Shown: positions 20,264 through 31,346, counted from the stretch's first letter. The stretch: 64,000 nt of DNA from an uncultured delta proteobacterium (GCA_963832165.1 CAWHTE010000007.1:832001-896000), one strand, 5' to 3'. Made by a program: numbers and translations. Notes: generated by a model not told the origin, from the letters alone.

Positions 20264-20314
20264 CGCGGGTAACCTAACCCGCCTATAATGGGCTCGCCCC
20301 TCGGAGGACTCCCC

Positions 20315-21865
20315 ATGCTCTCACGACCTCGCAACGCCGTGCTCTTCGCGCTCGCCCTCTCGCTCGTGGCGGGCTACTTCGTGACGGGTCACTTCCTCTA
20401 CGTGGCGCCGATCGGGCTCGACTCGAGCGCATTCCCGCTCGGCGAGTGGCTGCAGTCGTGGGCGCCGGGAGTCCATCACGCGATCGCGGGCCCCGTGTGG
20501 GCGCTGGGTTCGCTGCTCGTGATCATGGTGGTTTCGGTCTGGCTGGTGCGGCGTTCGGTGGCGGGCCGCGTCGATCCCGCGCGCCGCAGCTTTCTCACGG
20601 GCGCGGGCTCGGGCGCGGGCATCGCGCTCGGCTCGCTCCTGCTCGGCGGCGCGAGCGGTGCGGCGCGCGCATTTCTGGGCTGGGGCACCGGGACCCAGGG
20701 GTGGGCGCCGGTCGGCTCGGAGATCAATGACCGCGAGGTCCCGTTCACGCATCCCGAGTGGAAGGAGGCGTGGAAGGGCAGCCGCGTCGAGAACTATCGG
20801 CGCTTCGGGCGCACGGAATGGAACATCTCCGACATCGTGCTCGGCACCGGTCGGATCAGCGGCGAAGATGGCGAGCAGATCGCGCGGCTCGCGATCGAGC
20901 GCGGCATCAACTACTTCGACACGTCGCCCGACTACTCTGCCTCGGGGAGCGAGGTGGCGATGGGCAAGGCGATCCGCGCGGTGTCGCGCGATCAGCTCTT
21001 CATCGCTTCCAAGTTCTGCACCCCGATTGGGCACCTGCCGCCGGGCACGCCCGTGGTGAAATACGTCGAGGCGGTCGAGGGGAGCCTGTCGCGGCTCGGC
21101 ACCGACTACATCGACCTCTGCCACATCCACTCGTGCGACGAGGTCGCGCGCCTGCTCGACCCGAACGTGCACGAGGCATTCGACCGCCTGAAGCAGGCGG
21201 GCAAGGTGCGCTTCCTCGGCTTCTCGACCCACACGCCCAATCTGGTCGAGGTCGTGAGCGCGGGCATCGAGTCGAACCGCTTCGACGTGATGATGATCGC
21301 CTACCACCACGGCATCTGGCCGCAGGTGCCCGAGCTCGCGCGCCGCGCGCGCGAGGAACACGACATGGGCGTCGTCGCGATGAAGACGCTCAAGGGCGCC
21401 AAGCACCGCGGGCTGCTCGATTTCCAGCAGTACGCGGATTCCTACACGCAAGCCGCGCTCAAGTGGGCGCTCTCGAACGAGCACGTCTCGGCCGCGGTGA
21501 TCTCGTTCTTCGAGCTCCAGCACGTCGACGAGTACCTCGCGGCGTCGGGCAAGCGCCTCACGTCCGAAGATCTCGCGATCCTTCGCGAGTACGATCGCCA
21601 GATCGCCGGTAACTACTGCGGCCCGCACTGCGGCGCGTGTCTGTCCTCGTGCCCCGAAGGCCTGCCGATCCACGACGTGCTGCGCCACCGCATGTACTTC
21701 GAGGACTACGGCTGGGAGAAGGAAGGGATCCAGCGCTATGCCGCGCTCGCGAAGGACGCGAGCGTGTGCGCGACGTGCCCTGCGCCGTGCGCGGGTTCGT
21801 GCGTGGTCGGGATCGACATCCAGGAGCGCATGAAGGGCGCGCACGAGCTGCTCACGCTCGGGTGA
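20315..21865 (+). CDS. Membrane-anchored aldo/keto reductase with C-terminal Fe-S cysteine motifs
   Basis: GINYFDTS.DY, SK, SLSRLGTDYIDL..IH, GKVRFLGFSTH, AMKTL; C-terminal CxxxCxxCxxxCP and CxxCxxxCxxxC; GGAGG SD before ATG 20315. Confidence 0.85.
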   Translation: MLSRPRNAVLFALALSLVAGYFVTGHFLYVAPIGLDSSAFPLGEWLQSWAPGVHHAIAGPVWALGSLLVIMVVSVWLVRRSVAGRVDPARRSFLTGAGSGAGIALGSLLLGGASGAARAFLGWGTGTQGWAPVGSEINDREVPFTHPEWKEAWKGSRVENYRRFGRTEWNISDIVLGTGRISGEDGEQIARLAIERGINYFDTSPDYSASGSEVAMGKAIRAVSRDQLFIASKFCTPIGHLPPGTPVVKYVEAVEGSLSRLGTDYIDLCHIHSCDEVARLLDPNVHEAFDRLKQAGKVRFLGFSTHTPNLVEVVSAGIESNRFDVMMIAYHHGIWPQVPELARRAREEHDMGVVAMKTLKGAKHRGLLDFQQYADSYTQAALKWALSNEHVSAAVISFFELQHVDEYLAASGKRLTSEDLAILREYDRQIAGNYCGPHCGACLSSCPEGLPIHDVLRHRMYFEDYGWEKEGIQRYAALAKDASVCATCPAPCAGSCVVGIDIQERMKGAHELLTLG

Positions 21866-21886
21866 TCGCGCGGGTCTGCGCCGTCG

Positions 21887-23278
21887 TCAGCTCTCGCGCT
21901 CGATCGCCGCGACGAATGCGTCGTGCAGCACCTCGCGGATGCGCGTGAGCGAGGCGGTGCCGTAGGTCTTGCGGAACGCCGAGAGGGGGATGATGCCCTT
22001 GGCCATCGAGCGGTGGCCGCCGCCGACGCCGAGGCCCTCGACCACGGCCCGCACCACCTCGCCCGCCGCGCGCACGTAGCCGACGTTGCGCACCGAGAAC
22101 ACGAGGTCGTTGCCGACAATGCCGGCCGCGATCGCCCACTCCGCACCCTCGGCCTGGAGGCCGAGATCGGCCACCTGCGGGATCACGTCCTCGCGCACGC
22201 GGCCGAGCACGAGCACGTGCAGGTCGTCGCGCACCTCGGTCTTCGCGAGCGCCTTGCCGAGCGCGCGCAGCGCATCGGTGGGCAGCGCGGGGCGCTCGAT
22301 CCGGCGCAGCAGCGCGGGGCTGTGCAGCGCGTGCAGATACGCGAACGCCGTCATGTCGTGTGAGCTCGTCTCGCGGCCGAGCAGCTGCGTGTCGCTCTTG
22401 ATTCCGTACAGGAGCGCGGTGGCGAGCCGCGGGCGGACCTCCATGTCGGCCGCGCGCACGTACTCGGTGAGCACGGTCGAAGTCGCGCCGTAGCTCGGGC
22501 GGATGTCGCTGATCACCGCGTCGTAGCCGCTGCGCTCGGGGTGGTGATCGATCACGACGTCCACCGACATCACGCGCGCGGGCGGGCTCTCGCCGAACAC
22601 GGGCGGCTGTACGTCGACCAGCGCGAGCGCGTCGAACTCGCCGAGCTCGTCGGGTGTGACCGTGCGGATCTCGACGCCGAGCGCGCGCACCATCGCGATG
22701 TTCTCGGGCCGCTTCACCTCGCCGAACGAGATCAGCGGCGCGGTCGGGCGGCGCCGTCCGAGCACCGCGCGCAGCGCGTAGCCGCCGGCGATCCCATCGG
22801 GATCCGGATCGGGCTGGAGCAGGATGCCCACCTTCTCGCGTCGCTCGAGCAGCGAGCGCACCCCGACCACGCGGCGCAGATTACCGAGCATCGAGAACTC
22901 GTCGTCGACGTCGTCGCGGATCAGCGAGCGCAGGCCCGTCGCGCGCAGGCACGGATGTTTCGGCAGGTCGGTGGCGTCCACGGCGTCCGAGAGCATCAGC
23001 ACGGGCGCCTGGGGCGTGGTCTCCGAGACGATCGCGACCGCCTCGCGCGCGAACGCGGAGTCCTCGGTCACGAACGCGATCTCGTCGTCGGCGGTCGCGC
23101 CGAGCTTCGCGATCGCCTCGGCGCACAGGCCGCCCGGGAGCACGTTGAAGCCCTTCGTGCGAGAGCGCGCCGATTCCTCGGACCGCGGCACCCAGTAGAG
23201 GATCTCGTTTTCGTCGGCGCCGATCCGGCTCCAGAGGCGCGCGGAGCGGAGCCCATCACAGACGATGAACCGGCTCAA
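21887..23278 (-). CDS. DHH/DHHA1 family phosphoesterase with N-terminal extension
   Basis: PDPDPD, LVD, VIDHH, GATST, GIKSDT, SVR, GGGH; TTG start after G-rich SD. Confidence 0.85.
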   Translation of the reverse strand: MSRFIVCDGLRSARLWSRIGADENEILYWVPRSEESARSRTKGFNVLPGGLCAEAIAKLGATADDEIAFVTEDSAFAREAVAIVSETTPQAPVLMLSDAVDATDLPKHPCLRATGLRSLIRDDVDDEFSMLGNLRRVVGVRSLLERREKVGILLQPDPDPDGIAGGYALRAVLGRRRPTAPLISFGEVKRPENIAMVRALGVEIRTVTPDELGEFDALALVDVQPPVFGESPPARVMSVDVVIDHHPERSGYDAVISDIRPSYGATSTVLTEYVRAADMEVRPRLATALLYGIKSDTQLLGRETSSHDMTAFAYLHALHSPALLRRIERPALPTDALRALGKALAKTEVRDDLHVLVLGRVREDVIPQVADLGLQAEGAEWAIAAGIVGNDLVFSVRNVGYVRAAGEVVRAVVEGLGVGGGHRSMAKGIIPLSAFRKTYGTASLTRIREVLHDAFVAAIERES

Positions 23279-23396
23279 TCGGCCCCCTAACTCAGCCGCG
23301 CCCGCATTGTAGCGAGGGGGTCGGGTCGACACCCTTGGGGGGGCGACCCGGCCCGCCGCCTTGCGGCGGCCGCCGACATCCGGCAAACGAGGGGCA

Positions 23397-24242
23397 GTGC
23401 AGCCGATCTTCGTGGGAGACGTCCAGGGGTGCGACGATGAGTTCGCCGAGCTGCTCGCGCGCGCCCAGGCGGAGTTCGGCAGCGAGTTCGAGCTCTGGTC
23501 CGTGGGCGATCTGATCAACCGCGGGCCCGACAACCTCGCCCCGCTCTCGCGTGTCCGCGAGCTCGAGGATCGCGGCCGCGCGCGCTACGTGCTCGGCAAT
23601 CACGAGCTCTCGCTGCTGCGCTGCTGGCTGGGGCTGCGCGAGGTCTCCGAGTTCGACTCGTTCCAGGACGTGCTCGAGGCGCCCGATGCCGACGAGTGGA
23701 TGGAGTGGATCCGAACGCGCCCGCTCGCCTGCACGGGGAAGCTCGGCAGGCAGTCGTTCGCGATGGTCCACGCGAGCGTGGAGCCCCGCTGGTCGCTCGG
23801 CGACCTCGAGCGCGCGGCGCGCGAGGTCGAGAAGCGCATGCGCGCGCCGATCAAGGAGCTGCGCGCGTACCTGGGCAGCTCGCCCGCGCCCGAAGAGGAC
23901 CTGCTCGGGCGCCTCACGAGCGGCCGCAGCGTCGGTCCGCACGGCACGTGGTCGTCCGAAGAGCCGGTCGGCAAGGAGCGCGCGTGGCACGAGGCGTGGT
24001 TGGAGCGGGAGCACGACTACGGGGTCGTGTACGGACACTGGGCGATGCAGGGCCTCCACGTCGCGCCAGGCCTGCGCGGCCTCGACACGGGCTGCGTGCA
24101 CCACGGCCGCGGCCGCAACGGCTCTCTGACCGCGTGGATTCCCGATCGCGAGCGGAAGCGCCCATTCGACGTTCCCGACGAGCGCTTCTGGTCGATCCCC
24201 GCGCGCCGCGCCTACTACGCGCGTCGCGACGCGCGCGGCTAA
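23397..24242 (+). CDS. apaH: ApaH-like symmetrical bis(5'-nucleosyl)-tetraphosphatase (metallophosphoesterase)
   Basis: GDVQGC, VGDLINRGP, LGNHE, MVHA, YGHWA.QG, GLDTGCV. Confidence 0.8.
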   Translation: MQPIFVGDVQGCDDEFAELLARAQAEFGSEFELWSVGDLINRGPDNLAPLSRVRELEDRGRARYVLGNHELSLLRCWLGLREVSEFDSFQDVLEAPDADEWMEWIRTRPLACTGKLGRQSFAMVHASVEPRWSLGDLERAAREVEKRMRAPIKELRAYLGSSPAPEEDLLGRLTSGRSVGPHGTWSSEEPVGKERAWHEAWLEREHDYGVVYGHWAMQGLHVAPGLRGLDTGCVHHGRGRNGSLTAWIPDRERKRPFDVPDERFWSIPARRAYYARRDARG

Positions 24243-24436
24243 CGCAGCTCGGCGCGCGGACGCCGCAGTCCGCTCTCGAGCTCCTGGGCGGCGCGGTGGT
24301 GCAGCTGCGCCTCGTCGCTGCGACCCGTGTCCTCGAGCAGCTCGCCGAGCGCGCGGTCCGGGTGCATACCCGACGTGCCGCCGCGGTCCATTTTCCTCCC
24401 GCTGATCATGGGGCTCCGGCTAGACTGCCCCCGCTC

Positions 24437-25765
<1,329 letters not shown>

Positions 25766-25979
25766 CGGGACGTCTACTGGATTCGTGAGATCGCTGAGTA
25801 GTTGATGGGGCACTTTGCCTCCGGATCCTGTCTTGACCGGCTCCCCATTGGACGTAGATTCGATTCGATGATCTAACGACCTATGGGGGGGCGGGATGGT
25901 GCCCCGTGCCCGTGCCTCGAATTCCTGGATCGAATCAGTTGCCCCGAAGGGGCAGTGCGCGCGCCCGACCGAGGGGATC

Positions 25980-27548
25980 GTGAAGGCGTTCGACTGGGCC
26001 GGGTTCCTCGGGCACCACTCGATCCTCTCGACCCTCGACGCGAAGCACGCGGACTGGCTCCTGAGCGAGGACGTGTCGACCGAGCGGAGGTATGAGCCCG
26101 GCGCGGTGATCGTTCGGGAGGGAGACGAGGACGACTCGGTCTTCCTGATCGGGTCGGGCACTGCGGAAGCGGTGCTCGAGAATGAACGCGGTCAGACGAT
26201 CCTGCTGTCGCTCATGCTGCCCGGCGAGACCTTCGGTGAGATGGCCTTCTTCGAAGGCATGCCCCGCTCCGCCACGGTCCGCGCGCGCGACGCCTGCATC
26301 GTTCTCGAGCTGAAGGGCCACGAGCTACGGCGTCTTTCCGACTCGCGGCCCGACATAGAGTTCCAGGTCCTGCTCACGGTGAGCGAGCGCCTTCGCAACA
26401 AGAACGAACGGCTCATGGGCCTGCATCTCAAGGCGGTCGAAGAGGCCAATCGCGCGAAGGACGAGTTCTTCGCGATGCTGGGGCACGAGCTGCGGAATCC
26501 GCTGGGTGTGATCAGCGCCGCCATTCACGTCCTCGACGCACGTGGAGGTGCGGACGAGCGGGCGGCGCGTCTTCGCGAGATCATTGCCCGGCAGACGAAG
26601 CACTTATCGCTCCTGGTCGACGATCTGCTCGACGTCTCGACGCTGATCGCGGGAAGACTCGCGCTCGAGCGAAGGCCGGTGAACCTGCACGAGCTCGTGG
26701 AGCGGTCACTTTCCTCCTACCGCGAAGTCGGAACCGTGTCCCAGCGCTTGACTTCGCTGACAGGCGAGGCGTCTTGGGTGGATGCCGATCCGACTCGCTT
26801 GGAACAAGTCGTCAGGAACCTTCTCGACAACGCGGTGAAATACACGCCGCTCGAGGGGCGAATCGACGTCAGCATCGCGAGCGAGTTCGGCGAGGTGATC
26901 CTGCGCGTTCGCGACACGGGCATCGGTATCGAGCAGCACTCGCTTCCGCTGATCTTCGACCCCTTCGTGCAGGTGAATCGCAGCCCGGTCCATAGCGGTG
27001 TCGGAATCGGCCTCACGCTCGTGAAATTCCTCGTGGAGCTGCACGGCGGCACGGTGTCCGCTTCGAGTGAGGGGCTGAATCGAGGCAGCGAGTTCGCCGT
27101 GCGACTGCCACTCGCCTCGCACGCGACCACGACGCCAGGACCCGGCAACGATCGAACCGCCCCGCAACGCACCCGCCACATCGTGATCGTCGACGACCAT
27201 CCCGATGTGCGCGAGACCCTGCGGATGCTGCTCAAGGCGTGGGGCCACCGCGTGGAGGAGGCGGAGACCGGAGAGCGTGGGCTCGAGATCATCCAGAGTT
27301 CGCACCCCGACGCCGTGCTGCTGGACATCGGCCTACCTGATCTCGACGGCTGTTCGGTCGCCCGGACCGTGCGATCCGCGCCCGGAGGAGATGCCTGTCT
27401 GCTGGTCGCAATCACCGGCTATGGAGCCGCTGCGGATCGCCTCCGAACCCGCGAGGCGGGATTCGATGCCCATCTGACGAAGCCGCTCGACAAGGACGAG
27501 CTCGCCCGGCTCCTCGCTCGGAGACACGACGGCTCGCGTACGCACTGA
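25980..27548 (+). CDS. Hybrid histidine kinase: cNMP-binding + HisKA + HATPase + receiver
   Basis: FGEMAF...PRSATV (cNMP), GHELRNPL (H box), NLLDNAVKY, DTGIGI, GIGL, VDDH..LLDIGLP..TG..LTKP (REC). Confidence 0.9.
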   Translation: MKAFDWAGFLGHHSILSTLDAKHADWLLSEDVSTERRYEPGAVIVREGDEDDSVFLIGSGTAEAVLENERGQTILLSLMLPGETFGEMAFFEGMPRSATVRARDACIVLELKGHELRRLSDSRPDIEFQVLLTVSERLRNKNERLMGLHLKAVEEANRAKDEFFAMLGHELRNPLGVISAAIHVLDARGGADERAARLREIIARQTKHLSLLVDDLLDVSTLIAGRLALERRPVNLHELVERSLSSYREVGTVSQRLTSLTGEASWVDADPTRLEQVVRNLLDNAVKYTPLEGRIDVSIASEFGEVILRVRDTGIGIEQHSLPLIFDPFVQVNRSPVHSGVGIGLTLVKFLVELHGGTVSASSEGLNRGSEFAVRLPLASHATTTPGPGNDRTAPQRTRHIVIVDDHPDVRETLRMLLKAWGHRVEEAETGERGLEIIQSSHPDAVLLDIGLPDLDGCSVARTVRSAPGGDACLLVAITGYGAAADRLRTREAGFDAHLTKPLDKDELARLLARRHDGSRTH

Positions 27549-27637
27549 GCAGACCGGTTCTCCGAAGCTTCCCCTGCGTTGAAGCGGGCGGTGGAGTAGC
27601 CGCAGAGCTACCTCTGTCCACTGCCCCAGGAGATCTG

Positions 27638-28384
27638 ATGCGGCGCCTCGCTTTCGCTCTCGTGTGCGCGATCGCGCTCGCAGCCGCAGCGCAGCCTGCC
27701 CCGACCGTGCACGTGCTCGCCGCGGCGAGCCTCACCGAAGTCGCCCTGGCGCTCGCGAAGCGCTTCGAGGGCGCGCGCGTGGTGACGAGCTTCGGCGCTT
27801 CGAGCGAGCTCGCGCGGCAGATCAAGGATGGTGCGCCCGCCGACGTCTTCCTCTCGGCGAGCCCGGAGTGGGTCGACTTCCTGCGCGAGGCGAACGCGGT
27901 CGACGGCGCACCCGTCGTGTTCGCGCGCAACGAGCTCGTCTGCATCACCGCGAAGGGGAGCCCGCTCGAGGCGAAGGGCGCGAGCGATCCCCGGGTACTG
28001 CTCGATCGGCTCGCAAAGGGAGATCGCGTGGCCATTGCGGATGCGGGTGTTCCTGCCGGCGACTACGCGCGCAAGGCGCTCGGGAAGCTCGGCGTGCTCG
28101 CGGCCTACGAGCCGCAGCTCGTGGGGCAGAAGGACGTGCGCGCCGTGCTGCATGCGGTGGAGCAGGGCGAGCTCCCGGCGGGCTTCGTCTACGCGACCGA
28201 TGCCAAGGTGGCCAAGGTGGACGTGCTCTTCGCGTTCGATCCGGCGACCCACCCGCCGATCGAGTACCACGGAGCGGCGCTGCGCGGAGCCGCGAATCCG
28301 ATCGGCGCGCAGCGCTTCGTCGCTGATCTGCGCGGCGAGCCCGCGCGCGCACTCTTGCGCGCCGCGGGTTTCGCGCTCCCATAG
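27638..28384 (+). CDS. modA: Molybdate ABC transporter substrate-binding protein
   Basis: AAASL, FGASSELARQI..GAPADVFLSA, VPAG.YA, GFVYATDA. Confidence 0.95.
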   Translation: MRRLAFALVCAIALAAAAQPAPTVHVLAAASLTEVALALAKRFEGARVVTSFGASSELARQIKDGAPADVFLSASPEWVDFLREANAVDGAPVVFARNELVCITAKGSPLEAKGASDPRVLLDRLAKGDRVAIADAGVPAGDYARKALGKLGVLAAYEPQLVGQKDVRAVLHAVEQGELPAGFVYATDAKVAKVDVLFAFDPATHPPIEYHGAALRGAANPIGAQRFVADLRGEPARALLRAAGFALP

Positions 28385-28391
28385 GGTTGCC

Positions 28392-29069
28392 ATGCTGAGC
28401 GAGGCCGAGCGGGAGGTCGTCTTCCTCTCGCTGCGCGTCGCCGCGCTCGCCGCGGCCGCGAGCCTCGTGCCGGGCATCGCGTGCGGCTGGGTGCTCGCGC
28501 GCTGGCGCCATCCGCTGCGCGCAGTGCTGCAGGGCATCGTGATGCTGCCTCTCGTCCTGCCGCCGGTCGTGACGGGCTACCTGCTGCTCTACGCGTTCGG
28601 GCGCAGCCGGCCGCTCGGCCGCGCCTGGCACGAGCTCACGGGGGGCTACATCGCCTACACGACTGCGGCGTGTGTGATCGCCGCGGCCGTGGTCGGCTTC
28701 CCGCTGCTGGTCGAGGCGATCCGGCTCTCGATGCTCGCGGTGGACGAGCGGCTCGAGCAGGTGTCGCGCAGCCTCGGGCGCGGACCGCTCGACACGTTCG
28801 CGCGCGTGACGCTGCCGCTCGCGCTGCCGGGCGTGCTCGCGGGTACGGTGCTCTCGTTCGCGCGAGCACTCGGCGAGTTCGGAGCCACGATCGTGCTCGC
28901 GGGCAACGTCGCAGGCGAGACGCGCACGATCCCCGTGGCCGTGTACACGCTCCTCAACGTGCGCGACGGCGAGACGGCCGTCTTGCGACTCACCGCCGTG
29001 AGCGTCGCGCTCGCATTGGCCGCGCTGCTGGGCTCGTTCTGGCTCTCTGCCCGGCAGAGATCCACCTGA
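28392..29069 (+). CDS. modB: Molybdate ABC transporter permease
   Basis: LPLVLPPVVTGY.LL, FARALGEFGAT..AGN..GETRTIP. Confidence 0.95.
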   Translation: MLSEAEREVVFLSLRVAALAAAASLVPGIACGWVLARWRHPLRAVLQGIVMLPLVLPPVVTGYLLLYAFGRSRPLGRAWHELTGGYIAYTTAACVIAAAVVGFPLLVEAIRLSMLAVDERLEQVSRSLGRGPLDTFARVTLPLALPGVLAGTVLSFARALGEFGATIVLAGNVAGETRTIPVAVYTLLNVRDGETAVLRLTAVSVALALAALLGSFWLSARQRST

Positions 29070-30142
29070 TGCTCGAAGCGAGAATCCACCAGCGCTTCCC
29101 CGGGTTCGCACTCGACGTGGACTTCGCGAGCGCGGGCCCCGTACTCGGCGTATTCGGCGCATCCGCGAGCGGAAAGACGACGCTCCTGCACGCGCTCGCG
29201 GGTTTGCTCCGGCCGCAGGAGGCGCGCATCGCCGTGCGCGGACGCGAGCTCTGCGTGCGCCCGCGCGGGCGCTGGGTACCGCCGGAGCGCCGCCGGCTCG
29301 CGCTCGTGACGCAGGATCCGCTCCTGCTGCCGCACCGAAGCGTGCGGGGCAATCTGTCGTTTGCGCCCGGCGCCGCGCAGCGTCTCGCGGGCGAGGCGGG
29401 GCGGCGCGTGCTCGAGGTGCTGCGTCTCGCGCCATTGCTGGACCGCGGTGTCGGCAACCTCTCGGGCGGCGAGCGCCAGCGTGTGGCGATGGGCCGCGCG
29501 TTGCTGGCCGACCCGGAGCTCTTGCTGCTCGACGAGCCGACGAGCGCGCTCGACGCCGAGCTCTCGCGCGATGTGCTGGGTCTCCTGCTCCAGGTGAAGC
29601 ACGAGCTCGGCGTGCCGATGGTGTTCGTCACGCATCGCGCTGCGGAGCTGCTCGCGCTGGTCGACGACTGCATCGTCCTCGAGGGCGGCCGCTGCATCGC
29701 GCAGGGCGCTCCGATCGATGTACTCAAGCGGCCGCGCGCGCTCGGCGTCGCGAACCTCGTGGGCGTAGACAACCTGTTGCGACTTCCGGTTCTGCGCCAC
29801 GACGAGCCGGACGGCGTGACGCTGCTCGAGCTCGGTCACGACCTGCCGCTCGCGGCCCCGCTCTGCGCCGCCGTGCCGGGATCGCGCGTCGACGTGGGCT
29901 TCTACGCGGACGAGATCCTGTTGTGCCGCGAGGCGCCAAAGGGCGTCTCGGCTCGCAACGTGCTGCCGTGCGAGGTGCGCGCGATCGACTTCATGGGTCG
30001 CGAGGTGCTGGCCGAGCTCGTCGTGGGCGAGGTGACGCTGCTCGCGCGCCTCACCCCCGCTGCGGCGCGCGAGCTCGATCTCGTCGCGGGCACGCGCGCC
30101 GTGGCCGTCGTGAAGACGTCCGCGATCCACCACCTCGGCTGA
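29069..30142 (+). CDS. modC: Molybdate ABC transporter ATP-binding protein with TOBE domains
   Basis: GASASGKTT, LSGGERQR, LLLDEP, FVTH; C-terminal SARN/TOBE. Confidence 0.9.
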   Translation: MLEARIHQRFPGFALDVDFASAGPVLGVFGASASGKTTLLHALAGLLRPQEARIAVRGRELCVRPRGRWVPPERRRLALVTQDPLLLPHRSVRGNLSFAPGAAQRLAGEAGRRVLEVLRLAPLLDRGVGNLSGGERQRVAMGRALLADPELLLLDEPTSALDAELSRDVLGLLLQVKHELGVPMVFVTHRAAELLALVDDCIVLEGGRCIAQGAPIDVLKRPRALGVANLVGVDNLLRLPVLRHDEPDGVTLLELGHDLPLAAPLCAAVPGSRVDVGFYADEILLCREAPKGVSARNVLPCEVRAIDFMGREVLAELVVGEVTLLARLTPAAARELDLVAGTRAVAVVKTSAIHHLG

Positions 30143-30185
30143 GGGGCAAAGGGCCTCCGGCCGCAGCCCACCCTACCATCGCGGG

Positions 30186-31346
30186 ATGGGCGAGACGGCC
30201 GGCGACGTCGTAGAGCTGCGCATCGACGCGCTGGCGGCGGGCGGCGACGGCGTCGGCCGCACGGCGGAGGGGCTCGTCGTCTTCGTGCCGCGAACCGCGC
30301 CGGGCGATCGCGTGCGCGCGCGGATCGAGGCGCTGCACCCGCGCTATGCGCGCGCCGAGCCCGAGCAGATCCTCGAGCCGTCTCCCGCGCGCGTCGCGCC
30401 CTCCTGTCCGGTGTTCGGCGAGTGCGGCGGTTGCAGCTGGCAGCACGTGGATTATGCGGCGCAGTGCGACGCGAAGCGGCAGATCGTGGAGGACGCGCTT
30501 CGCCGGGTCGGGAAGCTCTCGCTGCCGGGCCCGGTCGCCTTCCATCCATCGCCCTCGCCGTATGCCTACCGCTCTCGCGCGCGCGTCGCGGTGGAAGGAG
30601 GCAACGTCGGCTACCGGCGCGCACACAGCCGCGCGCTGTGCGCGGTGAGCGGCTGCCCGATCCTGTGCGAGCCCGCCGAAGTGCAGCTGCGCGCGCTCGC
30701 GGCCAGACCGCCCGCACGCGATGGCGAGTGGGAGATAGCGGCCGGTGCGCGTTCCGCGCGCGCGCACGAGGTCGACACCCCCGGCCCCGCGATCGAGCTC
30801 GAGGTGGGCGGCGACAAGCTGCGCGTCTCCGCGGGCGTGTTCTTCCAGGGCAACCCCGGGTTGTACGCGGCGCTCGTGGAGTCGGTGGCGGGCGCCGCGG
30901 GCACCGGCGACCTCGCGCTCGAGCTCTACGCGGGCTGCGGGTTCTTCACGCTCGCGCTCGCGCGCGCGTTCGGGCGCGTGATCGCGGTGGAGGCGGACGG
31001 CGCGGCCGTCGCCGACCTGCGCCACAACCTCGCGCGCGCGGCGCTGCGCGCCGAGGTCGTGCGGGAGCGGGTCGAGACGGCGCTCTCGGGCGCGCGCGTG
31101 CGCGCGGCCCGGCCCGACGCGGTGGTGCTCGACCCGCCGCGCACGGGTCTCCCGCGCGGAGCGGCCGCCGCGCTCTGCGCGCTCGAGCCCGCGCGCATCG
31201 CGTATCTCTCGTGCGACCCGGCGACGCTCGCGCGCGATCTCGCCGCGCTCGTGGCGGGAGGCTTCGAGCTGGAAGGGATCGAGGCGTTCGATCTGTTCCC
31301 GCAGACGCCCCACGTGGAGGTGCTCGCGAGCCTTCAGCGAAACTAG
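30186..31346 (+). CDS. rlmD: TRAM-domain RNA (uracil-C5)-methyltransferase, RlmD/RumA family
   Basis: CPVFGECGGC 4Fe-4S motif, FFQGN, LYAGCG.F, DPPR.G, YLSCDP.TLARD, DLFPQTPHVE. Confidence 0.85.
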   Translation: MGETAGDVVELRIDALAAGGDGVGRTAEGLVVFVPRTAPGDRVRARIEALHPRYARAEPEQILEPSPARVAPSCPVFGECGGCSWQHVDYAAQCDAKRQIVEDALRRVGKLSLPGPVAFHPSPSPYAYRSRARVAVEGGNVGYRRAHSRALCAVSGCPILCEPAEVQLRALAARPPARDGEWEIAAGARSARAHEVDTPGPAIELEVGGDKLRVSAGVFFQGNPGLYAALVESVAGAAGTGDLALELYAGCGFFTLALARAFGRVIAVEADGAAVADLRHNLARAALRAEVVRERVETALSGARVRAARPDAVVLDPPRTGLPRGAAAALCALEPARIAYLSCDPATLARDLAALVAGGFELEGIEAFDLFPQTPHVEVLASLQRN

